A DNA stretch of 62,960 nt, the filler included, from Pelomyxa schiedti (lineage: Eukaryota; Protista; Evosea): assembly GCA_020536535.1 (NCBI GenBank). It is 6 parts of 6 records of this genome, joined end to end, with 100 filler letters (N's around TTAATTAATTAA, not from the genome) between each part and the next. Parts side by side here need not be neighbours in the genome. Positions count along the whole stretch, not along the records: positions 1 to 25,660 come from JAHLWZ010000674.1; 5 more parts are not named here. One strand, 5' to 3'. This document shows positions 1-12,700 of this stretch, in pieces (position 1 is the first letter of the stretch; every line of letters begins with the position of its first letter). The position numbers and the translations under genes were made by a program. The notes beneath the pieces are model-generated. The model was not told where the DNA came from. It was given only the letters and a program-made list of their open reading frames with translations, and made no database searches.

Positions 1-1074
1 ATAGAGAGGTACTTCCATCCAATTACAGTTGAGCCAACTAACTCTAAACCCAGAATACAAAAGGTGTTGGACACCGAAGTGCGAAATAAATACTCAACCA
101 CTTGTACATACACAAACCTGCGAACGTAACTTACCCATATCGGATTCTATGACCCCACCTTTGGTGAAAAGTCACCGCTCTGAAGGATGAAAGGGGTCCT
201 TTTTCATCATTTTCTGCTAAGAGCAGTTGGCGAAATGCACCTGCTTTGAAGCTCTCTTCGTTTGGGTACATCAAAACTGCGCTTTTCGGTGCACGTAAAG
301 CCCTTTGCCGTGCGAAACTTTGAAAACCGCCCAAAACAACGCACCGTGCATTTCTCGTGCGGAATTTTTCCGTTTTGTTGGTTCATTTTCTGCTTTCAGG
401 TCCTTGTCTCCCACTCGGTTCACATCTCTCCTCACAAAGGGAAAATAAACCCAACAAAAAATGCTCCCCACCAGCAACAACGATAACGATCCACCCACAT
501 GGCCTGACATCTGCGTCCCATCAGTGATATACTGGCGGAAACCAGAAACTGTATTAATGCCTTTTCCTTCATTTACCTGGGTCTCACCAAGGCCTCAGTT
601 GACAATCAGAGTGAGAAGATCGTGGAGGACCGAGAGGCACATCGACTCGTGTGACTTCCTGCACGCGGGCCTGCGGGCAAAATGTTGCCATCCCACAACT
701 CTGCAAGGTCGGTGTCGGTTGTCTTGTGCTGTGAAGTTCATCTATGTTCAGTGCATCTCCCGAAATAGACTAACATTTAGTAGAAATGAAATGTTTCAAG
801 TGCTCCAAGGATGGAAGCCCTGTAAAATTAGTAGTCCAGAACCACCTGGCCGAATATGACCCCCCTCGCGACTTAGAACAATATCTGTTCACAATAAAAA
901 CCACATGCACTTCCTCAAGGTATACAATCACCCAGGAGCAATTTTTTAGTCTCTCCTCACCCAACCATTACCCAGAAATCACCTTCATTCCACTGTTGTA
1001 ATAGTGATTGATCTTCCAAAGCATAGTACCCCCATTAAAACAAGTCCCCTTCAGCTGAGGGCAAGGGCAATCTC
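1..1074. repeat. Near-identical copy (probable alternate haplotype) of 15649-16734
   Basis: Same start (atagagaggtacttcc) and colinear through ...gcaagggcaatctc, with scattered SNPs and small indels, mostly non-coding; ends at a ~100-N gap. Confidence 0.9.
461..1074 (+). CDS. Partial second copy of the CxxC...CTSSRxH putative DNA-binding protein (full copy at 16107-17522)
   Basis: Spliced translation MLPTSN...WRKPET|LTIRVRR...TTLQ|VEMKCFKCSK...CTSSR|NHLHSTVVIVIDLP...; truncated by gap. Confidence 0.7.
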
Positions 1075-1983
1075 NNNNNNNNNNNNNNNNNNNNNNNNNN
1101 NNNNNNNNNNNNNNNNNNNNNNNNNNNNNNNNNNNNNNNNNNNNNNNNNNNNNNNNNNNNNNNNNNNNNNNNNNTATGACGTTCGTTGGTGTGTCAATCA
1201 AGCGCTTGGGGTTGTTGAGCGATGGGTGGTGCCGCCGAATACTATGGATGAATTGGAGATGCCTCGTTTGTTGGGCAGGCGGCTGATCACAGATGGCTTC
1301 AACACACATCTTTGCCGTCAATTTGGTGGCGGGTGCGCTGAGATTTTTTTCCACATATAGTTGGCTATTCCTGCAGACTGTGTGCTGGCAGGAAGTGCGG
1401 CATACTGTTCAGTTATGGACACTGTGGGTCAATCATCACGGTCTTTCATGTGGGCCATCTGATTCATGGCATGACTACATTCAGTGTGGTCCTTTGAGAT
1501 GTTGGTGCCCTGGTTATGGCTGAGCTGCTCAGTGGAGATGAAGTGGTTTTGCATCGGCATGGGCATCATGAAGTTGTGTGGATTTGCACCTACTTTTGAG
1601 TCAGGAGAACTAGTTGTCAGTGAAACCCTTGGCGGAGATCAATGCTGGCCAGAACCTGTTTTCCATTCCAACAAGTAGAAATGATTTTGATACGCAAAGG
1701 ACTTAAGCCACTCTCCTGTTCATAGAAATCACCAACTCTGCATTAGTGCAGTAGGCAAGGTAGACACGGTGCACCGAAAAGAAAAAGAAAAGATACACCG
1801 TGCACGTGTTTCCCTTTTTCATTGTGTTTCGTTTTCGACTGTTTGCAGCCTAAAAAAGGCTTCGGGCAGAAGTACCACCTGCACCTCAGGGAAAAAAATC
1901 ACCGTAGCAGCCCTCCTGCTCTCTCTGCCTTCCTTTTCCCGATCAGTTTTTTTTTCGAACAAACGGAAAAAAAAGATCTGTTG

Positions 1984-4900
1984 ATGGAGGACATTACGAG
2001 GGTGCACAAGCTCCTCCGGCCCGACGAAATGTGCATTTTTGTGAGCAACACAAATCCCACAATGTCTGCTGGGGAACACCCAACAAACCCCTGACTTTTC
2101 TTTCTCTACGCGATGGACACGATGGACGACATTCTCACACCTCACTAAATTTTTCTTTCTTTTCTAAATACCGACGTTCTTTTCTTTTCTTGTCTTTTAC
2201 CAATGGTAGGCTGCACAAGCAAAAGAAGTCAAATTGGGAAACAAAAGGATAAATGTTCTGGTTGCATTGATTTCCAATTGTTCAAAAACTCGTGAAGAAA
2301 TAGCGTGTGCAACCACCCTCACCTTACTAAGATTGGATTTTTTTTGTGGCTGTTCCCATTGTAATATGTTTTACAGAGTTTTCATTGTGGGAAATAGATT
2401 TGACTCCCAGTATATACGTGATATAATTCCTGTTTATGCAGACTTGACTTGTAAAGTGTGACGCACCTCCCCATTGCTCCAACCAAACCACTTTGAAAGG
2501 TTGTTTCGGAAAATCCAGCTGTTGTTGACCTCAGTGTAGCAGATGGTTTTGAAGCACATTCACTCGAATTTTTAGCTGCCAATCCTCTAAAAATGTTCGT
2601 GCAAAATGTTGTCAAAGCTCAAAACACTGCAAGTATTGTGCCCATGCCTCTAGGTAGAGGCATCTGACCCTCCTGCAGAAGAAAACAATTTAATTTCGTC
2701 AAGTGGGCTATCCCATCAGTGGGTTAAAAACTATCGTGCCTGTATGTTGCCCCCACAAAGAATTTTTTTATCTTTTCTAACAGTTCAAAACAGTATCTGA
2801 AGAAGGTGTTACCTTATTTTACCACTTAAAAAAAAAAATTTGGAACCTAAGAAATTTGCAGTAGGGATAAGGCCAGAGGAGCAGGAATCAGCAAGCTCTG
2901 GAACCAATAGCGGTGCACCAGCTTCTTCCTCAACCAAGCCAGCAGATAGCAGTAATCTCGAGTGGATATCCAAGATGCTGAAAACTCGGGAACCAGAATT
3001 CACTACTCACCAAAACATCAAGTGCGCCATCAATCTCTATTTTTTCCTGCACATACTAATGGGCACTTAGTATTTTTTTTGGCACATGGAATGTCAACGA
3101 TCAAAAGCCTGTTGAACCACTTGATAAGTGGTTGCTTCCCACCGACCCCAAAGTTATCCCAGATATCTATTGCATTGGGTATGTAATCCACAATAAACCA
3201 CAGAAGGGTGTGTTCTTTACGACTGACTCTGTAAACATCAGCTTTCAAGAATTGGACCTTACTGCTGAGGCACTTTTACTTGGGGACACCTCCAGGGCAG
3301 CTCCGTGGGATATGCACATTCAATCTACTCTCGTGCGTGTTGGCTCCTATGTTTTGGTAAGATGTCTTCTTTTTGCATTCCTTCCTTTGACCCACTTCTC
3401 ATTTTTAGCTGATGATGAAGCAACTAGTTGGAATTTTGTTGCTCGTTTATGTTAAAAGTGACTTGCTTCCAAAAATCACTGACGTGCAGAGTGGATTTGC
3501 GGCTGTTGGGATCATGGGGATGATGGTACAACCCACTCCATTCCACCCATACTTTGACACCAACCAATAGGGAAACAAAGGGGGTGTTTCAGTACGATTC
3601 AATATTTGTGACAGCACATTTTGTGTTGTAAACTCCCACCTTAATGCACACAATGAGAATATTGCCCGAAGAAATCAAGATTACCATGATATTAGTCGGC
3701 ACATACTATTTGCCAATGAGGATGAAGCTCAGACACATACCATTTTTGATCACGAGTAACCAATTTCTTCTAATTAGAAAATTTTGGTTTTAAAACTACT
3801 CTGAAGTTTTCTATTCTGGATTGGTGACCTTAATTATCGCATCGATTTGCCAGACAATGATATTCGGCAGAGAATATTAGCTTCTGACTTTGGACCACTT
3901 CTAGAAGCGGATCAGGTTTGTCAGGAATGGCTTTATTCTGGGTCTTCTGAGATTTTGATAGTTACTGGATCAACGAAAGCAGAATAAAGCCTTCGACGTT
4001 TTTACTGAGGAGCCTATTAGATTTGCCCCAACCTACAAATATGATAAGAATAGTACATCTTATGACAGTGGAGAAGCAAGAAGATCACCAGCATGGTGTG
4101 ATAGAGTGTTGTGGCGGGCTGCAAACCCACCAAGTGTTACTCCAGTATCTTATTCACGGTATTTCTTATATTCAAACGAAATGCCACTGATCCTGTACAG
4201 GCACGAATTACTCAGTTCTGATCATAGACCAGTTTCAGCTATTTTCACGATTCAAGTCCAAGTGATAATTGTGGAGGCCAGACAAAGTGTCTTCCTTTCC
4301 TAAAAACAAAAACGAAAACAAAAAAAAAACGGAAACCCGCAGTAACATTAGTTAGAGGTGTATCAGGAACTCCTCAAGCAGTTGGATATCATGGTAATAT
4401 ACTCTTTTTACACCTTAACGCTGACTTTTTTCGTGAATTTTTCAGGAGAATGAATGTATGCCTGATGTAACGATTGGCACCAACAATATATCTTTTGATA
4501 ACGTGTATTTCCTTGCTCCTGTCGTACGAACCATTACAATTGAAAACACGGGGCAGGTGAAGAGCTCCCAGTTACTCTTTTCCCGTTAATGCTGGTAAGG
4601 TTCTTGCTCGCTGGCGCTTTATCCCTAAACTCGATGAGCACCGCATAAGTAAACCATGGATGGTAATCAGTCCCACATCTGGGATTATGCTCCCTGGGGA
4701 GCAGACTACTATTTGCGTGACAATGCATGTCGACAACTCCACTGCTCCTGCTCTGAACCTAGGGCAAGAAAGACTTGAAGATATTCTTATTCTCCATCTC
4801 GAACATGGCAAGGATTACTTTGTACTACATTTTTATATGTGGGTGTGTCATTGATCTTGTCAGGTAACAGTGTCTGGAAATTTTATGCCGTCTTGCTTTG

Positions 4901-5935
4901 GGTCGACACTGGAGCACCTTGTTCTCTTTCCAAACCCTGTCCGAGCTTCCCAACCACTTCCAGGAACCGCCCCATTTCCACCATTAACAAACTCCTCCGT
5001 GTCGGCACAAGAGCACAAGCTGCACATACCCAAGGAGTTATGGAGGGTAGTTGATGTACTCTTCCGAAAATCTATGGACCAGGTTACACCAAATGAATGA
5101 ATTCCTCTGACTTCCATTTAAATAGAAGGGCATTTTCACACAGTCCGGCACACCTGACGACCTTGATAGACTTAGAGAATGCCTTGATACTGGAGCTGGA
5201 TTTGATGGTGCAGATTTACTTAAATAACTGTAAACTTACTGTATTTTCCTTTCCAGATTTTAGTCCTCATACGATGGCTGAAGCTTTACTCCTCTTTCTG
5301 GAGAGTCTACGGGATCCCGTTGTTCCATTTGAATTCTATTCTCAATGTTTAGATGTTTGTGAGAGCTATCCTTCTTGCAAACAGGTCAGTTTTCGAAACG
5401 CCAACGGATAAAACTCAATTGTACTCAGATTGTATCACATTTCCCTGTTGTGCATTACAACGTGTTTTACTATTTGATGTCATTTTTGCGCGAGCTTCTC
5501 AACTACTCCGAGCAAAACAATCTACAACCAACCCAACTAGGTTTCTTCCCCTCACGCTTTATTCGTCCTATTCTTACTCAAACAATAGCTGCCCTTTTTG
5601 GTCGGGTCCTCCTCCGGCGTGCTACCGGCAAGAAACTGCCTGACCAAGTTCAGGACCTTGAGGTAAAAAGGAAAACCATGTTTGTGCAACAATTCCTTGA
5701 AGTCAATGAGCACCCACCCGCCGCACCACCATCAAACACCACAACTACCAGCACTTCATCCAGCAGTAGTGCCACTCCCACAACTTCATTGAGTTCCGGA
5801 ACCACAACGACGCAATCCAACACTACCGCTTCATCCTCTTCAGCTTCTGCAAGTAGCACTACTGTTACACCGCAACAGCCCCCTCATACTTCTTCCCCAC
5901 CTCCTACCTCTTCCTCTGCCGCAAACAAACTGTGA
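1984..5935 (+). CDS. OCRL: OCRL/INPP5B-type inositol polyphosphate 5-phosphatase (PH-like, 5-phosphatase, ASH, RhoGAP-like), multi-exon
   Basis: Motifs [49 protein letters not shown]; [19 protein letters not shown]; RhoGAP-like IPKELWR...GIFTQSG without the arginine finger, as in OCRL. Exons join through GT-AG introns. Confidence 0.93.
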
Positions 5936-6184
5936 ACAAAAAAAACCAAGGCTTTTTTTTGGCTTCATCAAGCAAGTTTTTTTCGTTTTTTCTTTTTTGT
6001 TGTTTTTGGTTTTTTTTGAATTGTTTTTTGGTTTTTATTTGGGTTTTAGTATTCCAAAGAGACCACAAGGCCTTTGAAAAGCTCTCCTTTACAGTGAATG
6101 TTGTACACGAGTCATAGTTTTTACAATACCAAAAGTAGTGCCGCACTAGGGCTATTAACAGCTTGTTGAGGTATTCACATGAAA

Positions 6185-9100
6185 CTAGGTGCCATCAAGG
6201 TCACCCTCGCTAGAGGAGTGAAATGTGGCCTCTATCTGAGAATCAAAAATTAGTTGGATTGGAAGAGGTCTTTTGTGGATTACGAAAGGTTTGAGCTTGT
6301 CAGTGTCTTCAATACAGTAGTATGGTTTCATACTGATATGGGCCTCTATCTCACTTGTGTGAGCGTGGTTGCACAGAATTGAGAACAGAGGCTGAATTTG
6401 CTTTTTTACTATACACCTAGGAGTGGATTAGGCGCAAAGAAAGTTCTGAGAAACCAAACCTGGCGAGCTTCACTAGAACAGCATGGACCATGCTGTTTGT
6501 GTCCCAATGACTAAACAATGCTCTAACAAGGGGCTGGCATGATTCCGTGATTGGGTCCTGCTTGTAGTGTTAGAAAGATAATGTTGAAATAGTGGCCGTA
6601 CATAGGTAGCTTGGTAATTCAGAGCCCGGAGCACTGCCAGAGTAACAGACACTACGGGCAAAATTTTGACATGAGGATGCACAGATGGATCATGTTCATC
6701 TGGTTTTACAGAGCACTTCAGTACAGAAATGATTTCTGGTAACAGTTGTGGAATAATGGGATGATCAGGTGGAAGTTGAATAAGAATGTTCTTTATCATT
6801 GGAAGAACTGTGTGCACATACTGGTCGTGTGTCACCTAAAAATCTTTTAGAAGACAGGAAAAGGTTTCAAAGCTAACCAGAGAAACAATTTGGCACAGAC
6901 TTTCTAAGCTGTTCTCCAGTATTCCTAGAACATCGTCAGAGAAAAGAACAGGCCCTGGACGACCCAGTCCCCTCGTGATTTTATGCTTGTGCCAAGTCTA
7001 ATTTGTGTGAGCTGTTGTATGTATTTAGTGAAAGTACGTTTTTTGCATCCGGGCATGGGCATGTAAATGTCATAAAAGGGGACACTTCTGGCGCTGGGCG
7101 CTGCTGAAAGCACTGCTGCAACATTTCAAGTAAATTTTCCACCAGCTTGCTCAGTCTATTGATATCCACGTCACGTTTTTCCGCTCTTTTTGTTCCACCA
7201 CACAACGGACATGTAGAAGGAGATCTAGAAGGTGGTGGGCTGGTACTCTCCGAAGCATTTTGTGGAGAGGAAAGTTGGGCAATATAATTCGGGATACAAT
7301 CCAGAATCGCCTTCATAAGTGAAAGCTGTAAGCCCGTTTCAGGTTCCTCGTGTGATTCAGGTAACATCTGGGGTGTAACAGAATAATGCAGATTTATGAG
7401 CATGGACATGATTATTGCAAAAACTCTTGGGGAGTCACTGTGTGGAACAATGCAACTCAGTAAAAGTGATGGACGCGTGGAAAGATATGACGCTGCTTTT
7501 CCGATAGGCACGAGTGATAGAGTTACACAAACAAATTCTGCAATAGCGTTCGAACATTGACAGTCACAATGGTGAGAAATGTTACAATCACACGGATTGC
7601 AGGAACAAGATCTCCCAAACTGTGTGTCTGCACTCTTGGTAATATCTCCACTTGAGCAGGCCAAAGCTGAAAAGAGTTGTGTTTTAAGTTCGGCTGTCTT
7701 CAGCAGTACTTGAATAGGATTATTTGGTGCTAGATCTAACAATTCATGTACAATCCAGGAGAGTGGAGGACCTAAAAGTGGCTTAACACAAAAAGGATTT
7801 GGTGAATGTTGCATGTTGGGTATTGAGAGTGGAGCTTTGAGAACCTCCTCTGTCCAGTTGATTAACACAAGGTTTGCTTATGCAGGTACATGTCTTTAAA
7901 GGAGTGCCATTCCTAGGCTCAGAGTGATTACAGGTCTCTTCAGTTCTTTCACTTGGGTCATAGCAGTCCTTTTTAGACTGCGGAGCAAGAAAAAGTCCAC
8001 TCCCTTTACAGAATGATTTTTTTATGGCTTCTTCCTCACTGCTTCCACTCAAACTGCTGCAAATACTGCCACCCCCACTTCCACTACCACTGCTACTACT
8101 ACTATGTTTGAGGTATTCTCCTGTACCACGGCTTCCTCTGCTGCCTGACATGCCGTTGTAGCTTGTTCTGAGGTTGGTACTGGCATCATATCCGATTTGT
8201 TGTTCCAAGCCATGTACATACTCATGGCTCACGGTAATGGAACTACGGCTCCTCCGCATCCCAGTCGCACTTATATTTCTATTGGGTATGCTTTCCAGAG
8301 TAGGAACTATGCAGGAATCCAGGCTGCTTTGCAGTTGGTTTCTCTTATTCCCACCACCACAAGGATAAGCACACGAGCGAGGGTGTCCTTTGCAGCAATG
8401 ACGAAACATTTCGTCCATGATCACTTGCAAACCCTGTGTGACCTCAACTTGCATCATGGAGGCAAGTGACGACTGGCCTTGCTCTCTTAGTATGGGCGGT
8501 AGTAAACTTGCTCCAATTCCCAAACTATTATTCCCGTTGATCAAACTCGGCGTTAAATTGAAGTCACACAAGCCTGCATAGCTGCTTAACTTGGCAGCGC
8601 TCACGGCGTCTGTGTTTGGCATCACGCCAAATGGACTCAGAGCAGAAAGGTAGTACTCAGGTGCTATCTGCGCAAGTGAGGAAATAAAAGAAGATGCTGG
8701 AATTCCAGAATTTCCAATAGAAATTGCTGGATATGAAGTAGTACCCCCCTGAAGTGCAGGATATGAAGAGTACGACGGTGAGTTGCTGCCGTTACCAGAG
8801 AGTCCACCACATTGTGACTGTGATTGTGGTTTGTTCCCACCTGAATCGGAATTTAAAATCAAATCACGGAAGTGCTGCTGGAGGGCGTTTCCTAAAAAAG
8901 TAGGCAGCGGGGGCGGTGACTTTGGCCTGCTGGAGACTGGTGCCCCACCGGTGGGACCGCCCGTCGAAGACGCAGCGGCGATCGCGGCCTTGGCCCGCAT
9001 CATAGACCCTATCGTGGCGTGATTATGGGCGCTCGGCGGAGACTGAGGCATCACCGCCGACGGCAGATTCGCCGAGGGCCGCCGATCGGACCAACTTGGC

Positions 9101-9369
9101 TTCGTCGGCGGGTTCGTCGGCCACGCAAGTTGGCAGCCGCCGCCCGAATTCCTCAGGCCGTTGTTATTGCAGCCGTTGTTGATGTTGCAACTGACACTCA
9201 TACTGCTGACGATAGCCGGCGGAAGGGAATTTGTGCTCAGGCGCAACAATGGGCCTGAGGACAAACCTGTTGGACTACTGAGGGATCGAACCACGGTCTG
9301 TTGTGCCGTGGAAGGTTGAAGTGTAACGTGCCTGACGTTAACGACTGGCGTTGTCAGCGTCCCACCCAT
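6185..9369 (-). CDS. Large uncharacterised protein: S/G/P-rich disordered N-terminus, helical Cys-containing C-terminal half
   Basis: ORFs of 528, 295 and 120 aa can be joined by short GT-AG introns; predicted end ...GDLDGT* at 6185. No family recognised. Confidence 0.65.
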
Positions 9370-9708
9370 GAGTAATTTTTGCTTGGGGTTTTTCGTTTAG
9401 TTTTGCATTTCGCGAAAAAAAAAATGTGGTTGCAGAGTTGGTGTGGTGAAAAAAACTTCGGCTACCTAGCATCCAAATTAAGGCAGGATCACCTCCCAAA
9501 TGCGCTCAACTTGTGTATTTCGGTTACCGAAAACACCCTTCCGATGTCCACATTAAACACTGGAGACAGTTAACATCAAATGGGAGTACACATGACCAAA
9601 GTTATCACTCGAAACCGATTTCCTGTTAACAGAACCTCCACTAAGACCCAGTTTCACACCAGGGTGTATTTATAATCAATACGATGTTACATGTAGTTAC
9701 ATGAGGGT

Positions 9709-12700
9709 TCAGGTACCCTTACGGAAGTTGCTGGGTGACTTGAGCTGTGCATTCTTGACGGTGAGGTCCTGTGTGTGCAAAGAAGTGTTGGAAAATGCAA
9801 GGAATTTAAGTAGAATCCTGACCTGCAAATTGGGGAGGCTTCGGTATGAGAAGTTGAAGAAAACTTCGTCTGCATTTGTTTGCTCGTCATCGGCATTGGG
9901 GTTGGGTACCGCAGTGCAAGGAGATGAAGGGGGAATGACTGAAGAAGGGTGAGGGGAGAGCGGACTGTTTGATGCTCCCTCGTCGAAGTCACGTGATAAA
10001 CCACTTAAATTCATGCTCGCCATTCTGCTATCTGAATTGCAGTTAGTGTGAATTGGAGGGATGGATAATACCATCAAAATAGCTTGTGTCCTCCTTTGAA
10101 AGAATGTCGGGTGTAAAAAGTGCTTCTTCGCTTAGCAGAGAATCCCATTGCACTCCTTGGAAGAAGGGATGGTCCTTCACTTCCTGCGCTCCTTTGTTAT
10201 TTTTTTAGAAAAGCACAACAGTGGAAGTGACAACACCATTTGCACCGAGCCTTTTTTTTGGAGAAATGACGAGAAGTCTATTAATAAAATCTAATGCTTC
10301 CGCAGAAATGTCTGGAGGTTCATCCACGGTATTTTCTGATTTAAGATCAATTATTTTAGTTCGTTCTTTGTGAGAAAGTACTCCGTAGCATAAGAATATT
10401 CTCAAAAATGGCTAAGGGTGTCTCCGCATTGAAGGGTGGAATTCCATATAGGAACTCATATGCCACAACGCCTAATAAGCACAGTTACAGCCAAGATTTC
10501 GGGTTTTTACATACCAACTGCCCACCAATCAACCATACGATCTTGAAGAAGGGTGAAAATAGGAAATGGGAAACTGATATTAGTACCATGTCCAGTACCA
10601 AGTATTACTTCCGGAGCCAAGTAATCTGGGGTTCCAACAAGGGAGAATCTCTGTGTTTTCAGGGAAGGTGAACCATTTAGTCTTAGGGTCAACGAAATCA
10701 AATTACTCACTTTTCGTGGTTGTCTCCAATTGGTAGTAGGAGAAAATGACGATCTTGCAGTTGTTGGTGAATACTGGTTAGTGTACATAGGTGCTTGTGC
10801 GTGAGCTAATGGAGTTTGCGTGAGTGGAACAAGATGTGGTTGCTCCTCATTTTGTTCCAATAAAGATAGGGGTACACTAGATGACTGTTCAATGCACTCA
10901 TTCATTGGGAGTGATGAAAATGTTCCAGAGATATTGCAGGCAGAGGGCACAGTACTTGGTGTTGTCGGAGTTCTTGGGGATGATGGATCATGAACTGATG
11001 TTTTAATTGGAGACAAAAAATCAGCTCCTAATTTTGGTTGCAATTTTTACTATTTGGATAAAGAGAAACCATTTTGAGGAAATTGAAAAGGTTGTCCTGG
11101 GACCGGTGATTGTATCTTCATGTATGTAAGCACTCATAGGCAACCTTAAAAACACATACATTGTGACTGGGTGCCATTCCATCATCCAAGTAGCCATACC
11201 TTGAGAGACCAAAGTCTGTCATAGATACGTAAACAAGAAGTCAACTTTGAAGGCTGGAAAACCTGTCAATTTAATGTGCCCAGTCCCAGTAACAAGCATG
11301 CTGCTAAATTTAGTGGATACATAGATATTTACTCTACACACTTATCGGGTTTGATGTCTCTGTAAGTTGTTAGGGACGAGAGGAGCGAATGGTAAGTGTA
11401 CCGGTGGATAATTCCTTGTCCATGGAGATATTCCAAGGCAAGAACAAGTTGAGCAAGGTACATTTTTGTCATATCTTCGGAAAAAACAGCTGCAAGAAAC
11501 GTTGGAAACTGCTTGAGGAATCAAAGAGGACAATTCAACTCACTCAGGTTTTTCTGCTTGTTGTTTAGTGTGAATGAAAAATAGGGGGTTAGCGCACCAG
11601 CAATGAATATAAATCTCCACCACAAACATATTCCATAACCTCCAGGTGCTTAGACAAAGTAATTTGAAGAGGAAAGTTGTACCATATAAAGATATTCTTT
11701 TGTCTGAAAACAATAATAGCATTTGACTAAAAAGGGATTACTTGTGCTTGCAAGGATATCACGTTCCGCGTTGATATGAGCTATCTATCAGTTTTTACAA
11801 AAGGCACGTTTATGAAGAGGAGTACTTGTGTTTTTTGCATGGCTTTCTGCTTACTGATACGCTTGATTGCATACAAGTCTTCAGTTTTTTTTTTCCTTGC
11901 CAGAAACACTTCTCTAATGTGGGATTGGACAGTAGTTATTTTTAAAAAAGTAAAATACCCAAACGCCCCATGGCTGATTGGTTTGATGATTGAGAAATCT
12001 TGACTTGTGATAGCTTTTTTCTGAATGAGGATTAGCACAAACTTATCTCGAGGCACAATTTACCGCAGTTATTTCCCGGGACTGACTTGTATCCATCTTT
12101 TGCAGTGACTGAAGTAAATGCAACTTTTCCGAAAGCTGTGTGGTATTGGCAATTTAATTCCCACATCTCAATGCTACCTGCTGTTCCAATTGAACTACAA
12201 TTTTGTCCACAGGGGAAGTAGCAAGGGAATCAATAAGTGACTGTATGGTTTGTATTGCTTCTATTCCACTGTTGCATTTAGAGTCTGTGGCTCTGCGCAC
12301 ATAGCTTATCAAATATTTCGGAAAAAAAAGCATGCTATACTTGGAACAAATATGCTGAAGTTGGTAAACAATGTCCGATGCTAGTTTGTGGCTGTCATTC
12401 TTCTTTAGGGTACGTGATATCTAGAGACCTTTTAGAGATTTCATCTCGTGAATGATGTACTTTATCAAGGTGTCGATTGCACAGTAAAATCTTTGTTGAG
12501 AGCATGCAGTACTCAGTGTGGGATTCAACCCTATTGGCGGGAATGTGCTCCTCACATATACGGCAGACAACTAACTGGGTTTTTCTTAAAAATTGCTAGA
12601 ATCCAGGAAAATACTTCAGTGGAAGCACTATCTTCGTGTGTTGTTGAAGTACTGTTGGTCGAAGGCTCTTCTCTTGGTAACTCTACAAGTGGTGGAGTTG

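Noticed and set aside
1174-1700. Coding-like fragments after the first gap
   Set aside because: No consistent frame or recognisable motif; possibly a decayed gene but unsupported.
4394-4445. CCTTAAC in an OCRL intron as a U12 branch site
   Set aside because: The donor is GTAATA and the motif is about 26 nt from the acceptor.
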